Assembly (NCBI RefSeq): GCF_048593235.1
Contig: NC_133621.1
Location: 219,687,238-219,751,237 of the forward strand
Reading direction: 5' to 3'
DNA length: 64,000 nt
Origin: Sminthopsis crassicaudata
Lineage: Eukaryota
A program made the position numbers and the translations under genes. How positions within the stretch are numbered: position 1 is the first letter of the stretch; the number at the start of each line of letters is the position of its first letter. Below the pieces are notes generated by a model. The model was not told where the DNA came from. It saw nothing but the letters and a program-made list of their open reading frames with translations, and made no database searches. This document shows, piece after piece, positions 33,602 to 45,500 of this stretch.

Positions 33602-34624
33602 CTAGGAGAAAAAGAACACAATACTTTAAAAAAAGACTGGCCTCAGCTGCTCTGACCTCTTGTTCTTCCTAAAGTTGCCTCCCAAGTCGGCGACTTTTTG
33701 TTCTTTCATTAAAATGACCACTCTACCTCAGCTAATCCTAATTCCTAAACTGTTGTCACATGAACATTTCTCTTGGTTAGAGAAGTTTATAGATTGAACA
33801 AAATGTATGATCAATGGAAAATGAAGGGTCAAAGCTATAATACTGCAAATGTCCATTTGTCTCTGATGTTAACCCCCACCCAACCCCTTTACATCAGTTA
33901 CACCTTCATTTGTTGTTCACTTAAAAGAGTCTTGCATCACTGAATTTAGGATTTAGACTTTTCTCAGATCCTTCTATTCCCATTGCCACCACAGGGCGGC
34001 AGCAAGCCTATTTATAGCTTTCAGTACTGAACTGAATACTGTCTACCCTCCCAGCATGGTTAGATCATGAGTTTATAGAAATTTTAGCCCATGTAGTGGT
34101 GCCTTCTGTTTAACAAATCCCCTTGATTATATAGGCCACCCCCTACTCTACTTAGCTTCTCCCTCACCCTTTTGGAACTCACAGCACAATGGGAGAAATA
34201 CTGAGGAACTTTCTGGAGGAGGTGAACTGGAGCCCATAGTCCATCTGCTCCCAGTGTGTAAGGAGCCGGGCCTTGCCTTGATCGGGGGTCTCAAAGGGTG
34301 TCCCCTTCACAGTGTGCAGAAAGACATACATAACCTGGGAGGGATGAGAAGGTAGAGGACATCCTTTTCAACTATGGATTTGAGGCAGGTGGACAAATCC
34401 CCAAGAAGTAAAAAGTCTTGAGAGAAAATGGATTTAGGTTGGAGGCTCACCAGGTTATGGATGACATTGGTCAAAGTCCAGACTACAGGGATGCTGAAGA
34501 AGGGGATGCTGAGTAGAACTACATGCAGGAGGCCTACAAGGATGATATAGGCAAGCCAGATGCCCCGGCTGTTCATCACCCTTGTGTTGGGGTTCACCTC
34601 GCTGTGGGCCACCCCCACGTTCAT
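33466..34624 (-). CDS. ORMDL2: ORM1-like protein 2, complete (3 coding exons, 462 nt, 153 aa)
   Basis: Exons 34624-34451, 34334-34183, 33601-33466. [34 protein letters not shown]...[43 protein letters not shown]...LFGINKY*. ORMDL2-type residues and syntenic position. Minus-strand AATAAA at 33123-33118. Confidence 0.97.
34183..34334 (-). CDS. ORMDL2: ORMDL2 coding exon 2
   Basis: [51 protein letters not shown]; donor GTGAGT. Confidence 0.96.
34451..34624 (-). CDS. ORMDL2: ORMDL2 coding exon 1
   Basis: 58 codons [10 protein letters not shown]...NVIHNL; donor GTGAGC. Confidence 0.96.
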
Positions 34625-34849
34625 CCTGTCACAATAGCGAGTTTCTTTGGTCGGCCTCCTTCAGTTACCGGTTTGGTGACTGCAATGAACCTTGAACTTA
34701 AGGGAAGGAGGTGGAGAAGCCGCCTCTCTTCTGGTACACCGAAACCTGAAAGATAGAAACATTTCCTGGGATGAGGAGTATTAACTTCTTTAGCCTGAAG
34801 GGAATGACTTTGCCCAAGGAAAGGAGCCCCACAGGGTCCGGCTGGGGAG

Positions 34850-36330
34850 GGGGCGGCATAAAGACGAAGCGAAAGTGGTTGGAGGTCACTCCTGTTCTAG
34901 GGGTGGCCCATTCTCCAGTCCTCTGGGTTGGACTAGAGAATCGGAAGAGGCTCGTCCGAGGGGAGGTGCGCGCAGGAGTACTCGAGAACAAGCCTTCTGT
35001 TCTTCGTCCGGGGCTGCCATGGACGACAACCACGGAGTGGCTACCTGCTCTTTGCCTCGGTATTTCCGCATATCTTTGGAAGTTACGAGAATACGTTTTG
35101 GGTAGTCCGACTGCGGGGGCAGCCGGCGCTCCGGGGGCGCTTCCCGGAAGGGGCGTTCAGACAGACCTCTTGCCACAGGCCAGCCGGCAGCCCACGCCCG
35201 ATCCCAGTCGCGTCCCGAGTTCCAGAAATCCTCCGGCGGTAGCCCGGGGCCCCATCCCTACCCCTCAGAGTTCTCCTTCATGGTTGTCCTCCTCCCCCTC
35301 GGACTTGTTCCCTCATTCGCAACTCTGCTCACCTGGCAGCTCCAAGCGCCACTCCCGCCAGCTTCAAGTTGGGCTACTTTTCCTTCACCTGTTTTCTGGA
35401 AGCAGCCGGGCCCTCGAACTGTTCCCCCATTGGTCCTCCAGATCCGGCGCTGCAGTGATTCATTGGCCACCTGTTTTGGTGTTCAGCGTTTCGGTTAGCC
35501 AGCCGTCCCGTCACTCTGACTGGAGTGAACCAATTCTTCTCCAATCCCCTTCGCAGGCAAACCCTCGCGTGGGGGGAGGAGGAGCCATGCTGGCGATCGA
35601 CGAATGAAAAAAGCTGATGGTGTAGAGTGAGAGTATAAACAACGACTATTGGGTGGTGGTGACCCTCTGAGTCTCGGCGGGAGCTCCGGAAGGCGGAGGC
35701 AGGAGGAGGGGGCCAAACTGGGGGCGGAGGGGGTGACAAGATGGCGGCGGAGACGGTGGAGCTTCACAAGCTGAAGGTACCGTGAGGGGCAGAGGCCCGG
35801 GCATGGCTGGGGGCCGAGCTCTACGAGGTGACCGGTGCCTCCCTCTCCTCATTTCTTCTTCCAGGGCTTCCCTGGCTGTTGTCTTGCTCCTTTTCCTTGT
35901 TAGACTGCTCCTCTCTGGGGCCTTCCTCCTCCCCCTCATGCTGGTCTCCCTCTCGTTCATTCCCCCTGCCATCTTTCCTCTCCGGTCGGGGTGCCCCTCA
36001 CCTTACGGGTCCTCCCTTTCTGTTTTCTGCCGCCCCCGCTTTCTCCTCCCCTTTCTCAAGTGTGTAATTCCCTCTCCTTGCGGGGACAAGGTAGCACGTC
36101 AGTGCTCCCCTTGCTTCCTGTGTCTTACGTCTCTGCCCCCGACCTCCTCTGAATTTTCCACCCTCCCTCCCCCCCAGTCTTTCTCTTCGCCAAGTCCTGG
36201 AATCCTCAGGCAACTTGGCTTAGTGGCATCCCCGTATGTTGTGTATCTGGGCGGTTTGCAAGGACGACTCAAGGATGCCTTCAACGACTTAGACGATGCT
36301 AGGTACCTGAGTCCACCCTAGATCCCAGAA
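34850..36330. promoter_or_regulatory. CpG island, bidirectional promoter of ORMDL2 and SARNP
   Basis: CpG-dense. Candidate ORMDL2 5'UTR exon donor (cag|GTGAGC, minus strand, exon end 35333). YY1-type AAGATGGCGGC at 35738-35748 overlaps the SARNP start codon. Boundaries approximate. Confidence 0.85.
35741..35776 (+). CDS. SARNP: SARNP exon 1
   Basis: MAAETVELHKLK; donor GTACCG. Confidence 0.93.
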
Positions 36331-39300
36331 GAGCCTTGGCGTTAAGGGACCCCCAGCATCCCCTCGTCTCACCTAGGGACTTGGTGCAGCTCCACACCTT
36401 CAGTGCCTTAAGAAAGCACTGGCACCTCTCCAGAGTACAAGGAGGTTTTCCTTCTTCAAGAAATGTTTCTTCTTGTTTGCAAGATAGTGAAGGGAACTGG
36501 GAAGCGTTTGAAAAACCTAGTTTTTCTTGTTCTTGTGTTATCCTCTGGGGAGTACGGGCTGCTTGACTCAGATTTAATGTTTTTCTTGGAGGAAAGAAGT
36601 AAACGTCTTTTAGATAAAAGAGAGATTGGTTGCTTTTAGGTATTCGTTTAGAATTTGGCAAACAATTCTGTCACAGTGGTCGATCACTTTATTTTGGGAA
36701 ACTTGAAATTGCTAATTTAAGCTAAAAACTGAGTTTATTTTATTATATTGTAAGTGCTCTAAAGATTTGCAAAAGCTACATCACCAGGCTCATTGATGCT
36801 GGTAGTCTAAACATATCTTATTGGGGGAAAAAAAATGTCTGTTTTCCTAGATATACTCTGAAATAGCTTTACATTTCCATACCACATTATTTTACTTTCC
36901 CTCCACCTTTGGACTGATTGCAGGCATTGATGTCTATTTTAAAAGCACATGGATAAGGAGCAGGAGAGGAGCTTGTCCCTGTGGTATAGGAATTCTTAAC
37001 TTTGACTGTCACCAACACCATTAGCAGTTTGGTGGAAGCCAGTTTTTAAAGTAATGTATTCAAATGCATAAAATGTATCCAATTATATTGAAAAACAGCT
37101 ATCTTTAAAACAAGTTCACAGCCCCCTCCAGATTAACAGCTAGAAACAGCTGAGTCTCTTTAGGTTTTGAAATATTCTCTCACCTCTCAAAACATGAAGT
37201 TTGGGTTCATTACTTATCTTGAGTCCTCTTTTATTTGCCCTTTAGGAGGGCTTTTTAATCGAGGGGGTGGCTTATGTGGGTATATTTCAGAGAGCCCATG
37301 AATTTGGTTGGGGGGGGAAATGTCATCTTTTCACTAATCTTTCACTGAAAGTTAGCATTTCCTTCACTTATATAAAATATTTTGAGGAGTCCATAAGCTT
37401 CACAGACTGCTGAGGTGTCTGTGACGGGGAAAAAAAAAGTTAAGAAGTCCTGCTTTGAAGCTCAACATTTTAATTTTTCTATTTTTATTATAAACTTTGG
37501 AATTTATGTGTCAATGTAGTTTTCTTTAGGGATAAGGTGTTGAGATTGGGTGGGAAAAGTGACTAGCTTTAATTGAGTTTTAAGAGATAACTGAAAAAGA
37601 ATGATCTGAACACCCTTTTATTTGATTTTCAATTTAAAAAAAGATTGTTTCAAGGGGCATGCAGATTTCATATTAATATTCAAATTTCATCTTTGGCCTG
37701 TGATTGGGAAGACCTGAAATGAAGACATTTGGGGATTAAGAGTCCTTCTGTATCTGTAAAGATTTAGTAGCCCTGGCCTTGTTGGGTAAGACACACAATC
37801 TCCCTGGGCCTCAGTTTCTTCCTCTAAAATGAGGGAGCTAGACTTGATGGCTTCTGATGGGTGCTTCTGGTTCTAGAGCTGCGGTCTCTTGATTACCATT
37901 CTCCCGCAGTGATTATTTATTTTGACTTCATCCCTATTGACTTTAAACTTGTAAAAAAATGTAGAGAAATGCAACCTTCATAGATAAACTGACAAAAGAG
38001 CTGAGTACTGGAGAGAAATGATTATTGAAATACAGGGATGGGAACTGGATCTGTGATTTCATTGTCATAGTGGTTTTCCATTAATTCTAGCAGCTTCTTG
38101 GCTTGTCTTTCATAACGTCTTGACTACAGTTCCAGCTCCTGGATGAGGAAACTCTCTCTTCTAATGCAGGTTGGCATCTCCTCTGCAACTTAGAATTGCT
38201 TAGAGCGCTAGGAAGTTAAGTGACTTACCTAGGTTCTCAAGCCACTGTTTCAGAGACAGGACCTCGGGTTTTTCTGAGATGAACTTGTATCAGGTGCCAC
38301 ACAGATAGGAAGGTAAAGTCAAATTATATCATGGGAATTCATTTAAACAGCCCAATGTTTAGAGTAGCATCGACTCTGGAGTCAGACTTGGGTTCTTAGC
38401 CTACCTTTGATGCTTTTAACTTGTGTCATTTTAGGCATGAATCACTTAATCTCTCTGGGCTTCAGTTTCCTCACCTGTAAAATGAAAGGGTTAAACGTAG
38501 ATCACTCTGAGGTCTTTTCCAGCTCTATATCTTTGGCATTTAAATTCCTTATTTGGTTTCTGCCCTTTTTCAGAGTTTTATATTTTAAGAGCTACTTTTG
38601 ATAATTACCTAAGTAATTATGGATTGATCGTTCTGTAGGAGCATTGTAGATGTTATGGAAGAACACAAAAGAATTTATAAGTCGAGGTAAAGTACCTGTT
38701 TTTGAAATGTATTATAGTTGATGGAAACATGTCCACATATGAACTTATTTGAAAAGAATTTTTTTCTTTTCAGGATGCTACATTTTAAAAGGATATGGAC
38801 AATTGTTAGCGTATGTCTATATGATACTTCCTGGTTTATGTTCTCAACATTAGGGTGAGATAGCTAGTGTTAACTATTATTATTTCCATTTATTGATGAA
38901 GAAACTGAAGTGCATGTTATTGGATTTGGTCATATGCAATATATGAATTCTGTTCTGACTTCATGTCAAATTTTCTTCTTATTCCATATCACCTCTCAAA
39001 TTAGAACATGTCTATAGTTAAATTAGCTGAATTGGTGAAAGGTCTGGAATCCTTGTCATTTAAGGACTGCTTGAAGGAACTAGGTATGTTTAACCCAGAG
39101 AAGGGAAAAAATTTTGATTTTCGATAACTATTGTCAGTTTTTTTTTTTTTTGGGGGGGGTATTTTATTCCATAATCATTACCTCAGGTCTCTTTATTATC
39201 TCTCCCTTCCATCCACCAATCAATCCCTATAACAAAAAACAGAAGCAAGTAATAATAGTTCCAGTATATATTGTATTCCACATCAATCGTTACCATCATT

Positions 39301-42300
39301 GTGTTTATTAGTTTTCTAAGACAGAGTTCATTATAGTTCATAGTTAAACTCCTTTTTTACTCATATTTTCCTTTACGTTAATATTCATTCTATATATAAT
39401 CTTGTAGTTATGTTTTCTTCATTTTGAATCAGGTCTTACAAGTTTTTTTGATTTCTTGAAATTTTCGTATCATTTCTTACTGCAGTTTTTCATTATGTTC
39501 ACATACCACAATGTGTGATGGTTTCCATTTTCTTGTTAATAATAATAGCTGGGCATCTATGTAATGCTTTAAGATTTGCCAAGTATTTTATATATAGGAT
39601 ATTTGAGGCTTACTGCAGTTCTAGGGTAGGTGCTATTCTATTACAGTCCCATGTCATGTAGCCATTAAATACCCGAGTCAGTATTCCAGCTCCAGTTTTC
39701 ATGTAAGTCTGTTTACAAGACCACTTAGCTGCTTCACAATACTGCCATTTATACTTAGATTCTTTTTTTCACTGATTCCCTTGGTGGTATTTGTCTGATA
39801 GCAGTGTAGTATGTTAACACATTGGTATATATTTTGATATTTAGGATGGTTAGACTACTTCACAGTACCACCAACAGTGTGCTAGTCTTCCCAAAGCTGT
39901 TTACTGTTTCTGTAGGTGTAAGGTGAAACCTTTAGAATTTTAATTTGTATTTTTCTCACATACTAATTGAGTTAGAGCAGTTTTTCATCTTGCTTGATCA
40001 TTTGCTTTCTAATGAAACATGTTTGTAGCCTTTGTGTGGGTATACTCATAGTTTTTTTTTTTTTTTTTGAGAAGTGGCCCTTTAAATATTAAAGGGGTTG
40101 TTAGGTGTTTTTTTTTTTTTTTTTTTTTTTAACTTTTATTTTTGTGTCAAGGACCCTATATGGATTCCTCAGAATAATATTTTTAAATGCATTAATTGAA
40201 ATATATAAAATAAAGGAAAATCAATTAACTTAAGGTCAGACTATTTCCTTCCCACTCCATCTTCTTGCTCTGGTGGCCAGATCTAGGATCAGTGAGAAGT
40301 TTCCTGACAGCAGGTTTCTGTTTAGTGTAAATAAAAATTTATTAATTAAAGCTGTTTAAAAATATTTTGTGACTTACTAAACTCCTTGTCCACTTAAGGT
40401 TTTTGAACAGAGATCGAGATGGATTGTCTTTCAGACTTGCACCGAACATTCCTATATTGGGTGTAAGGTTGAACTAGTTAATCTTCAAGATTTATCTCAA
40501 CTGTGAACTAATAATTTAATTAATTTTGAACACAACCTAAATGCTAACAAGTGCAAGATTATTCTATAAATTAGCATAACCAGCCATAACATTAGTAAAT
40601 ATTTTTGAGTACCTACTATATATTATAATATAGCACATAGAAGACTTCAACATCTAGTTGGAGAGAGAAGAATGAAAACACGTGAAAACCTTAATAACAA
40701 TTCACTATTACAATAAGATGTTACTGATTAACATCCTTTCCTGTAGTTATGCAGAAAATTGGTGAAAGAGGTCAGTTAAGGGACAGATCACTTAGGATGG
40801 AGGGAGGGGGTGGGGATTTGAACTTCATCTAGACTGCTAAGTAGGATATATGGAAAGTGTATTGTAATCAGATCTTAGCAGAAATAGAGGTAGAAAATTG
40901 TATTAAGGATTGGGAAGCGATAAAGGAAGTGATCATTATAGATTCTGGCACATTTTTTCGGTTGTTGTTTGCTTTTTGAAGGGGCTGAATTGACCTACCT
41001 GCTTTCATGGTTCTGGTCCTAATTTCTTCCCATATTTATCAGAATTTCTATATGCCTACTTTACTTTTTATGCATCTATCTTGACTGATTTTTCTTATTC
41101 CTATCAGCCACCCACTAGAAACTTTTGGAAAGTAATATTGCCTGTATGGCAATTTACTGCAGGGGTAATTGTTATCCTGGGATAAAATCAATATTTACTT
41201 TATGTTAATTTAATGCTTATTGGTGCCCTGACAGCCAGTGTCTTAAAATCAATAAACTGAAATGAAGGCTGTACCTGTTTTCCAGTGCATCCACACTTAC
41301 ACACTTATTCATAGAAGTCTATATATATAATGCATGCTTAGATAAGGAATGAATTTTCTGTTTATTATTCCAAGAGACCAAAAGAATTAAGCAAGAGATT
41401 TCAATTAGTAGACTCTTAAACATAACTTGAAGAGCGAGGTTCATGTCTTCTAGGGCCTGAGATTATATATATCTTTCCCCAGGGAAACTATAGTTAGTAC
41501 ACTGTAATTTGCTCAGTTATTATTATTATTTTAACCAAATAATCCAGAACAATAGAGATAATGCAGAAACAGATTTTTTTGTTTACGTTACATTTTTAAA
41601 ATGTATGAAGTTTTTAAATTAAGAAATTTATTTATTTTTGCTTTATGATTATTTTCATATACTTGGCAGCACAAGTACCTCTAGAAAAACTTGATTTTTT
41701 TTTTCTTTTTTTTTGGTAAAAATGTAAGTGAAGAAACTAGAGATTTATGGTACCACACAGGGATATGAAATGTAGGTTGGAACTTTATTGAGGTCATTTT
41801 AATGTTTTGAACCTATCCCTTTAAATAATCCTACCACAGGGCATAATAACCCAAGGAGATCAAAGACTGAAATAGTTCCAATATAATAGGAAGTTATCAT
41901 AGCGGCATTTTTTGTGATAGCAAAGAACTGGAAACAAGATGTCCATTTTGGGGGAAATGACTGAACAGATTCTGGTAATAATATATTATATGGCAAGAAT
42001 TGAGGAATGTGAAGATAAAAGATAAAAACATAGGAAGAATTGTTTAAAATAAGCACAATCAGAAGAATAAGAGACACTATGATGGTAATTTAAATGAAAA
42101 CCTCACTAAAGAGCTTAGGAATGGTTTTAGAGAATAGATAATGAAACATATGCCATTTTCTGGCTAGAGATATACCAGAGCAGAGTATTTTATATATTGT
42201 CAGATGTGATTGTATATCTTTTTTTGTGAGGATAGTTCATTTCTAAAAATGGATTAGATGGTATTTCTAAAAGTAACTTTATAAGAATAAAACATATCAA

Positions 42301-42472
42301 TAGAATTTTAGTTTTATTAAAAAAAATTTGTTTTTGAAGATGTTAGGAAGATGGATTAGCTTTGTTAGCCAGGTGGTTGAATAAGATAAAGATAACAGAA
42401 GTTGGATTGTCTTTCATTTTTTTGTACAGTTTATCTTGGGGTGGTAATCTCACCCCCAAGATAAAGAAATGA

Positions 42473-42530
<58 letters not shown>

Positions 42531-45500
42531 TATAAATGTAAAACTATATAAGTGATACGTTTTGTTTTTTATACCTATGTTTCCCACATAATGAACTTTT
42601 TTTATAATAGCTTTTTGTTTTCAAAATATATGCAAAGATAGTTGCAAAACCTTGTGTTCCAAAATTTTCTCCCTCTCTCCCTTCCCCTCCTCATCCTTCC
42701 CCTAGATAGCAAGTAATCTAAGCAATGTATCTCCTCCTCTTAATCTAGGAAGCCTATATTTTTAGAGGAAGTCATCCATTTCACTTAAGTTATCAAATTT
42801 ATTGGCATAAAGTTGGGCAAAGTAACTCCTTATTATTTCTCTAATTTCCTCTTCATTGGTGGAAAGATCCCCCTTTTCTTTTGTAAGACTAACAATTTGA
42901 TTTTCCTCTTTCCTTTTTCTGATCAGATTTACCAAAGGTTTATCTATTTTATTGGCTTTTTCATAAAACCAACTCTTGGTTTTATTTATTAATTCAATAG
43001 TTTTTTTACTTTCAATATTAATTGATTTCTCCTTTTAATTTTTGTATTTCAAGTTTGATTTTTGGTTGGAGGATAGCAAGTAATCTAGTACATATTAAGC
43101 ATGTGTAATTTTACTACACATATTTCCACACTTATCAAGCTGCACAAGAAAAATCAGATCAAAAAGGAAAAAAAAATGAGAAAGTAAGCAAACAACAACA
43201 AAAATGTTGAAAATAATACTATGTTATGATCCACATTAGTCCCCACAGTCCACTTTCTGGATGCAGATGGTTCTCTAATGCAAGTTATTGCGAGTAATGA
43301 ATTTTTAAAAGAAATAAATGTTCAGCGAAACTGGTATAAGAAAAGTCTGATATTTTATGCAGCGTTCCAAAAAAGTATAAGATACATTTTTTTAACCTCT
43401 TCTTTGTGGCCAAGTTTTTTTAACAGCATTTCATATCTACATTTTTACTGCTTTTTTTCTTTCCATTTCTGTTGTCATTGTATATATTATTTTCCTGGTT
43501 CTGCTTACTTCTCTTTATGTTACTTCACATAAGTCTAACTGTACTTCTCTGTTTTCATCATTTCTAATTGCAGTCATGTGCTGTGATTTGTTTAACTATT
43601 CTTCTATTGATTGGTATCTACTTTATCTTCATTTATTTACTGTTACAGAAATGCTATAGGTGGGGGGTGGGGAGACTTAATTTTTATCATTAATCTCTGT
43701 TTGGTGTATAGCCAGTAATAGCATCTTAGATAATTCTAAATTGCTTTCCAGAATCATTGAACTAATTTAACTTCTTTAACTCTACATTAATGGATTAGCT
43801 CTCTTTTTATCTACTTGGTGCATCTCTGGGACTAAAAAATTTCTTATATTTTCCTAGCTTGCTGAGCTGAAGCAGGAATGTCTTGCAAGAGGCCTGGAGA
43901 CCAAAGGAATTAAACAAGATCTCATCAATAGACTCCAGGCTTATCTTGAAGAGCATGGTAAGTGTCATCTGGGACTTGAGAGTAACTTACATATGTTTTT
44001 CCCCAAGAAAACTATAGGTATTTGGTATATTTTGATCAGTTACTTTTACACCAAGGAAGAGGAGATAAATCCAAATTAGAGATAATTGCAAAAATGATTT
44101 TTAAAAAAATTTGCTTTACAATGCATTGATTTCCATTTCAGGAGATCTATATCATTCATATTGATTTTTGCTTAGGCTAATACTCAAATTTTATTTTTCT
44201 CTCTAAAGATATAAAGATTAAGCTTTGCATTACTATATGTGTTTTCATTTTCTGTAGCTGAAGAGGAAGCCAATGAAGAAGATGTTCTGGGAGATGAAAC
44301 AGAGGTAAATTGGAAAATTTTGATATTCTTTAGTGACCAGTTAGTGCCATGTCATGGTTCCATGACTTTACTATTAGTCTGTTTTGGAATAATCTTTACT
44401 TATTGGAAGGGCTGTTGCTTTTCCTGAAAATAGTCTTAGAGCTGGAAGGCACATAAGAGATGACTTGGTGTCCAATTATGAGAGAAATATGGTAAGGGGA
44501 AAAAGTTCCAGGGGTACTCACTGTGGCATTCTGAAAAACTTTTTGCTGATGAATGTTTCAAATTTACTTTGTGTTAACTGATTTCAGGAAGAAGAACCAA
44601 AGCCAGTAGAAATACCTGTCAAAGAGGAAGAGCCTCCAGAAAAAACTGCTGATGTGTAACTATCTATTTCTTGTTCAACTCCCTTTAAAAATTAGACTAT
44701 GGAATTAAGGCAGTTTTGATTAAGATTGAGTTTGATGGCTCTTCTTATTTCTCCAGAAAAGCATGTTTAGAATATATGAGGAATGGACACTATATTGTCT
44801 CTTTTTTGTAATGCTTTCCACTCCTGAATAGACTGCATGTTTTCATTCCAAATTCATGGTTATAGAAAAGTAAAACAATTTATTCCTAGGTCACAGAGTA
44901 GATATTCATTATTCAGGTGACTGATATCTAGGCCTGTAGTGATGCCTTTAAGCTCTGCTTTTCTATTGGGAACAGTGGTAGGTGAATACATAAATGTTCT
45001 CTGCTAGGACAGAGTAAGGGAAGATAGTTTTGAGGAGAAAGGAGATCTATATCTATCTTTTTAATTTGTAGGGGAGGTCAGGGCACTAGAGTAAAAAATG
45101 GATCTCAGTTTACTTAAATTTTCTTAGCAAACTTATCATTACTTTTTTTTAAAGGATAGGTTGTCTTATTTTCCAAATACCCTTTGGGGGCTTCATCATA
45201 TTTAGAGCAACTTTAATATCTTTTTATTTCAATTGAATCTGCTTCTTATAACTATTGCCTCTGTTATTTCTGTTAGTCTAAGTTAATTGTAGATTTTAGT
45301 AGTTAGAAATGATGTTTGAGAACTGTAGTGTATCCATTATCCTTTGGACCAAACAGAATGGTTTTTGTCATTTTTTAATCAAATGATTTTAATTCCTAGA
45401 ATTAATGAGGTTAGGGCGAGGGAAATTTGAAGACCTATTTTCAGATTATATGTGTTTGCTTGAAGCTCTTTTGGACTAACTTAGCTACACCTGGACTACA

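Noticed and set aside
34771-36321. 278-aa and 179-aa ORFs around the ORMDL2/SARNP promoter, the latter hydrophobic
   Set aside because: CpG-island ORFs; the hydrophobicity comes from the pyrimidine-rich SARNP intron 1 (Leu/Ser/Phe/Pro codons).
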